From an uncultured Gammaproteobacteria bacterium (GTDB lineage: Bacteria; Patescibacteriota; Patescibacteriia; UBA11705; JABHMO01): a stretch of DNA of 64,000 nucleotides. The stretch lies in NCBI GenBank assembly GCA_964565345.1, contig CAZMEQ010000005.1, forward strand, positions 275 to 64,274. The letters run 5' to 3'. Below are positions 59,582 to 64,000 of the stretch, in pieces; positions within the stretch are counted from its first letter, which is position 1; every line of letters begins with the position of its first letter. A model generated the notes under the pieces. The model was not told the origin of the DNA and searched no databases. It saw only the letters and a list, made by a program, of their open reading frames with translations. The translations under genes and the position numbers were made by a program.

Positions 59582-61141
59582 TTATTCATTTACTTCTACT
59601 TTGACAAGCATGTCTTCGACAGTCGATTTATATTCACTAATACTCTTTATAATCTTATTTTCCAATTCTTCACTTAATTCTTTTTTCTCGATAATTTCTT
59701 TTAATATTTCTGGAGTGGTTGTCTCAAAATAATTGTGCAAGCCCTTTTCAAAGTCCCCAATACGAGCGACTTCCACATCATCAAGTAAACCTTTAATAGC
59801 TGCAAACAAGATGACAACCTGTTTTTCTACAGCCACCGGGACATATTGACCCTGTTTTAAAATTTCGACTATGCGTTTACCACGTTCTAATTGCTTCTTT
59901 GTTGCTTCGTCCAAGTCAGATCCAAACTGGGCAAAAGCAGCCAACTCACGGTATTGAGCGACTTCGAGTCTTAACTTTCCCGCCACTTTTTTCATGGCCT
60001 TAATTTGTGCGCTAGAACCAACACGTGAAACAGAAAGACCGACGTTGATAGCTGGTCGTATACCCTGATAAAACAAATCACCTTCCAAAAATATTTGTCC
60101 ATCTGTAATTGAAATGACGTTTGTAGGAATGTAAGCCGAAATATCACCAGCCTGAGTTTCGATAATAGGCAAAGCAGTAATTGAACCTCCGCCATGTTCG
60201 TCGTTTAATTTAACAGCGCGCTCCAACAATCTTGAGTGAAGGTAAAACACGTCACCTGGATAAGCCTCACGTCCTGGTGGTCGTCGTAACAAAAGTGAAA
60301 TTTCACGATATGCAACCGCGTGTTTTGATAAATCATCATAAACAATCAAAACGTCCTTACCTTTGTCCATAAAGTACTCAGCCATAGCGCAGCCAGCAAA
60401 CGGAGCTATATAATTTAAAGATGATGGCGATGAAGCTCCAGACAAAACAATAATAGTATGATCCATGGCTCCGGCTTCATTCAATTTAGCCACAATCTTG
60501 GCAATTTTTGATTCCTTTTGACCTATAGCCACGTATATACAGATTAAATCCTTACCTTTTTGATTTATTATAGTATCAATAGCAATAGCGGTTTTACCTG
60601 TTTGTCTATCACCAATTATAAGTTCGCGTTGTCCACGTCCTATAGGAATCATGGAATCAACAGCCTTGATACCAGTTTGTACTGGTTGATGCACTGATTT
60701 TCTGGTAATAACTCCGGGTGCAATTTTTTCTACTGGATAAAATGTTTTTGTTTCAATTCTTCCCTTGCCATCAACCGCTTCACCCAAAGGATTAACAACG
60801 CGCCCAATTAAATTGTCGCCCACCGGCACCTCCAAAACTCGACCTGTGCTTTTAACTACATCACCCTCTTTAATTTTCAACCAATCGCCCAAAATCATAG
60901 CCCCAACTAACTCTTCTTCAAGATTTAAAGCTACACCAAATACGCCCTCTCCAAAATCAAGCATTTCCGAAGCCATAACATTTGAAAGCCCCGAAATTTT
61001 TGCAATTCCATCACCTACTTCCAAAACTCGCCCCACAGTATCCACGGAAACATGTTCCTTAAATTCGCTAATCTGTTTTTTTAAAGCTTCTATAACGTAG
61101 TCATTTTTCTGTGTCATATTATTGGTTGATAATTTATTCAT
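59582..61141 (-). CDS. atpA: F1 ATP synthase subunit alpha
   Basis: GDRQTGKT P-loop; GAGGAT SD before ATG 61141 (alternative ATG 61117). Confidence 0.95.
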   Translation of the reverse strand: MNKLSTNNMTQKNDYVIEALKKQISEFKEHVSVDTVGRVLEVGDGIAKISGLSNVMASEMLDFGEGVFGVALNLEEELVGAMILGDWLKIKEGDVVKSTGRVLEVPVGDNLIGRVVNPLGEAVDGKGRIETKTFYPVEKIAPGVITRKSVHQPVQTGIKAVDSMIPIGRGQRELIIGDRQTGKTAIAIDTIINQKGKDLICIYVAIGQKESKIAKIVAKLNEAGAMDHTIIVLSGASSPSSLNYIAPFAGCAMAEYFMDKGKDVLIVYDDLSKHAVAYREISLLLRRPPGREAYPGDVFYLHSRLLERAVKLNDEHGGGSITALPIIETQAGDISAYIPTNVISITDGQIFLEGDLFYQGIRPAINVGLSVSRVGSSAQIKAMKKVAGKLRLEVAQYRELAAFAQFGSDLDEATKKQLERGKRIVEILKQGQYVPVAVEKQVVILFAAIKGLLDDVEVARIGDFEKGLHNYFETTTPEILKEIIEKKELSEELENKIIKSISEYKSTVEDMLVKVEVNE

Positions 61142-61676
61142 AATCCTCGATCTTCTTCTTTAATCTTAAAATTTTTCCCTTAATACTAGCATCAATTTCC
61201 GTATCACCCAAATATATCTTAAGACCACCGATAAGCTCTGGATTAATAATATTTTTGATAATTATTTTTTGAGAAACAGCCTTTGATAATTTTTCGTGCA
61301 ACTGTTTAGTTTGAGGCGCTGTTAAAGGTATAACGGATTCAACCACTGCTTCGAATAAATCTCGCGTTTTCAAGTGCGTTTTTTCGGATTCTTTCAGAAT
61401 AGAAGACAGATCTAGTAATCTAGAATCTTTGATTAAAAGATATAAAAAGTTATAAGACTTATCGCCTACAAAATCCTGAAATGTATTTTTGAGTGCTTCC
61501 TTTTTCTGAGCAAAAGTAACATGTTTATCGGTTAAATATTTCTTAAACTCTAAGTTTTCATTGATTTTATTATCAACATCAACTAAGTCCGCCACTAAAG
61601 CCTCGTAGCATTGATTCTCCAGCCCCAATTCTACCAAAGCCTTGGCGTAATGTTTAATAGTCGAATTCTGTGCCAT
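61134..61676 (-). CDS. atpH: F1 ATP synthase subunit delta
   Basis: Operon position between the b and alpha subunits; 180 aa, OSCP-like. Confidence 0.8.
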   Translation of the reverse strand: MAQNSTIKHYAKALVELGLENQCYEALVADLVDVDNKINENLEFKKYLTDKHVTFAQKKEALKNTFQDFVGDKSYNFLYLLIKDSRLLDLSSILKESEKTHLKTRDLFEAVVESVIPLTAPQTKQLHEKLSKAVSQKIIIKNIINPELIGGLKIYLGDTEIDASIKGKILRLKKKIEDYE

Positions 61677-61678
61677 AA

Positions 61679-62194
61679 CTATTTTTTAGTAACTTGCTTT
61701 TCTAAATCCTTAATAACATCATCTATCAATTGGCCGTGTGTTTTTTCGGCAATGGCCTGTCCGGTAACCTTGTTTAATGCCGTTGCAATTAATCCACCCA
61801 ATTCATTTTTTACATCTTTAATCATTTCATCACGTTCTTCACGAATTCGACCACGCGCTTCTTGTGCCATCTTTTCTATCTCTGTAATAGTTTTTTGGAT
61901 TTTTTCTTGTCTCAATTCTTCACCCGCTTTTTCGGCCTGAGCAATTAAAGCTTGGGCGTCACGTCTCCCTTGTTTTATTTCTTCTTCTTTAAGTTTAGCA
62001 ATTTCCTTTATTTTCTCCTGCATTTCTTCGGCATGTTTTATGCCGCCAGAAATTTTTTCTTCACGTTCCTTCATTATCTTTATCAGTGGTTTAACGGCAA
62101 ATATCCCCAAAACCAAAACAACTATTGTGAAGTTGATCATTTGCGCAATTAAAAGCTTCCAATCGATTTGAAATGTCTTTATTAAATCATCCAT
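61679..62194 (-). CDS. atpF: Fo ATP synthase subunit b
   Basis: Single N-terminal TM then a long charged helix; 171 aa. Confidence 0.8.
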   Translation of the reverse strand: MDDLIKTFQIDWKLLIAQMINFTIVVLVLGIFAVKPLIKIMKEREEKISGGIKHAEEMQEKIKEIAKLKEEEIKQGRRDAQALIAQAEKAGEELRQEKIQKTITEIEKMAQEARGRIREERDEMIKDVKNELGGLIATALNKVTGQAIAEKTHGQLIDDVIKDLEKQVTKK

Positions 62195-62256
62195 ATAATA
62201 TTTTATAATTTACTTTTGTTTGTCCCGTACAAAATACGAGACAAGGAAAAAACAAA

Positions 62257-62511
<255 letters not shown>

Positions 62512-62544
62512 TTAACGTCGGTTTAATTTTCCCTTAAATTAATA

Positions 62545-63456
62545 CTAATGTTCTTCATCCGTCATGGCGATGGTAAAATAAACCAAAGTCAACATGCCAA
62601 AAATTAAAGCCTGAATAATTCCAACTACAACCTCTAAAAACATAAAAGGAATTGGTAACCCAAAAGCTAATATAACCGCCAACGATGATAGCAAAACCTC
62701 TCCGGCAAAAACATTACCAAAAAGACGGAACGAAAGTGATGCGACCTTAGCCACCTCTCCCACAATTTCAACTATACCAACAAAAAATTTAATCGGATTA
62801 ACAATTGCTATACTTGGATCTTTTCGGATATGAGTAGGTATATGTCCCAAAGACTTCAGATTTACAAATTTATTAAAATACTTCCAACCACCAACAGCCA
62901 AAACACCAAAAAGGTTAGAGCCAATTACAGCGATTAGAGCTAAGGCTAGCGTAGTATTTAAATCAGCCGTTCCACCACGAAAATATGGGACAAAAACACT
63001 ATGCCCCCCCTCACTTTCGATAAAACCGATTGAGCCAACTCCAGGAACTAATCCCATCCAATTCATAATAAGAATGAATATAAAAAAACTGAATACTATT
63101 GGAAAAACTTTAAGTGACTTTTTATGATCATTGGTTACAGAATCACAAAGCTTTAAGGCTCCTTCAACAATTATCTCAAATAAATTCTGAAGACCACGTG
63201 GAATTTCTCTAAGCTTACGACGTAAAGCCAAAGCAAAAATAAAAAGGATAGCCACAACTATCCAAGTATTTAATAAAGAATTTGTTATAGGAAAACTACC
63301 AACGTGTGCAATAGGTTCCGCGGCCAAAGTTGCCTCATGTGAAACATGCGCGGTTGTTTCACCTTCTTTTGAGATGTGTTCAAGCGCGACCGCCTCTTCT
63401 AGTTCGGCAGTTTGATGTTCTTGTACTTCGCTTGTCGCGTGACCACTAATAGCCAT
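62545..63456 (-). CDS. atpB: Fo ATP synthase subunit a
   Basis: Conserved Arg in LSFRLFGNVFAGE; about 55-aa His/Glu-rich N-terminal extension. Confidence 0.85.
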   Translation of the reverse strand: MAISGHATSEVQEHQTAELEEAVALEHISKEGETTAHVSHEATLAAEPIAHVGSFPITNSLLNTWIVVAILFIFALALRRKLREIPRGLQNLFEIIVEGALKLCDSVTNDHKKSLKVFPIVFSFFIFILIMNWMGLVPGVGSIGFIESEGGHSVFVPYFRGGTADLNTTLALALIAVIGSNLFGVLAVGGWKYFNKFVNLKSLGHIPTHIRKDPSIAIVNPIKFFVGIVEIVGEVAKVASLSFRLFGNVFAGEVLLSSLAVILAFGLPIPFMFLEVVVGIIQALIFGMLTLVYFTIAMTDEEH

Positions 63457-63458
63457 AA

Positions 63459-63734
63459 TTATTTTTTAGGTTTTTCTTTATCTTCATCAATAATTTTTTG
63501 CATTTTTTTGGCTGCTTTGAGTGTCGCCCGAATCAACCCAACATTAGTTATGACAAAGGCGCTAGCAACACAACCTATATATATCCATGGTTCATGCCCC
63601 CATTTGCCTTGAAGCCACTTCCCCAGGTAAATAGCGAGCAAGAGAGGAAAAACTATCCAACCAGAGACTTGAGCAAAAATCTCCATGGCCGGCTGCCACC
63701 AAGCTTTATTATTTGCGGAATTTGGCTGAGGCAT
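63459..63734 (-). CDS. AtpZ/AtpI-like small membrane protein
   Basis: 91 aa with 2 TM; first gene of the atp operon; starts 2 nt after the atpB stop. Confidence 0.5.
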   Translation of the reverse strand: MPQPNSANNKAWWQPAMEIFAQVSGWIVFPLLLAIYLGKWLQGKWGHEPWIYIGCVASAFVITNVGLIRATLKAAKKMQKIIDEDKEKPKK

Positions 63735-64000
63735 AAAAAGGCACCTCTAATCTATCATTAAATTAAAAAAAAATCAAGTATTCTTGTTTATAAGTTGAAG
63801 GTAAAGAGTTTGTCTACGTTTATTGAAGGGCCACATGGAAGAGTCTTTCGGCATTTCTGGTCGTTAATCGATCTATTTCTTGGAATGATTTATGCTTTAT
63901 TTCGGCTATCTTTTGGACCACAAACTCAATATAGGCCGGTTCATTCCTTTGTCCCCTAAAAGGAACCGGGGTTAAATATGGACAATCTGTTTCCGTCACA

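Overview
This 64-kb window is AT-rich (about 33-35% GC) bacterial chromosome. The gene content and tight packing look like a small-genome, Patescibacteria/CPR-like organism (inference). The native backbone contains, in order: a cell-envelope glycosylation locus (0.7-11.1 kb) with two paralogous GT-C transferases, a UDP-glucuronate decarboxylase-like SDR, a GT2 polyprenyl-phosphate sugar synthase with a DUF2304-like small membrane protein, further GT2/GT4 genes and a radical SAM/SPASM enzyme; then tRNA-Trp(CCA), apt, mtnP, ugd, a peroxiredoxin, queA, a YhaM-like HD/OB protein, a second glycosyltransferase/O-antigen-ligase block (17-21 kb), fmt-def-priA, a LigB-type dioxygenase, clpB, a GT26-Nudix fusion, gltX, an M23 peptidase, a xerC/D-type recombinase, ftsQ-like, alr, serS, lysS, greA, pbp2-mreD-mreC-mreB, proS, a DciA/DUF721-like gene, a UvrD-type helicase with C-terminal Fe-S nuclease, cvpA and a complete F1Fo ATP synthase operon (atpZ/I-B-E-F-H-A-G-D-C). 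The most striking feature is five compositionally foreign, GC-elevated cassettes embedded in this backbone: 15.67-16.01 kb (about 50% GC, orphan receiver domain), 30.75-33.10 kb (55% then 70% GC, two genes), 41.16-41.36 kb (about 53% GC, 65-aa peptide), 49.72-50.15 kb (about 60% GC, 112-aa Cys-rich protein) and 50.5-52.36 kb (about 62% GC, three signal-peptide proteins, two of them split by one in-frame TAG). Each cassette has AT-rich host-style expression signals (TTGACA-type -35 boxes, AGGAGG-like SD, hairpin plus T-run terminators). I cannot tell from sequence alone whether these are genuine horizontally acquired accessory genes, a mis-assembly, or constructed inserts. No CRISPR array, rRNA or obvious integrase-bounded mobile element was seen.
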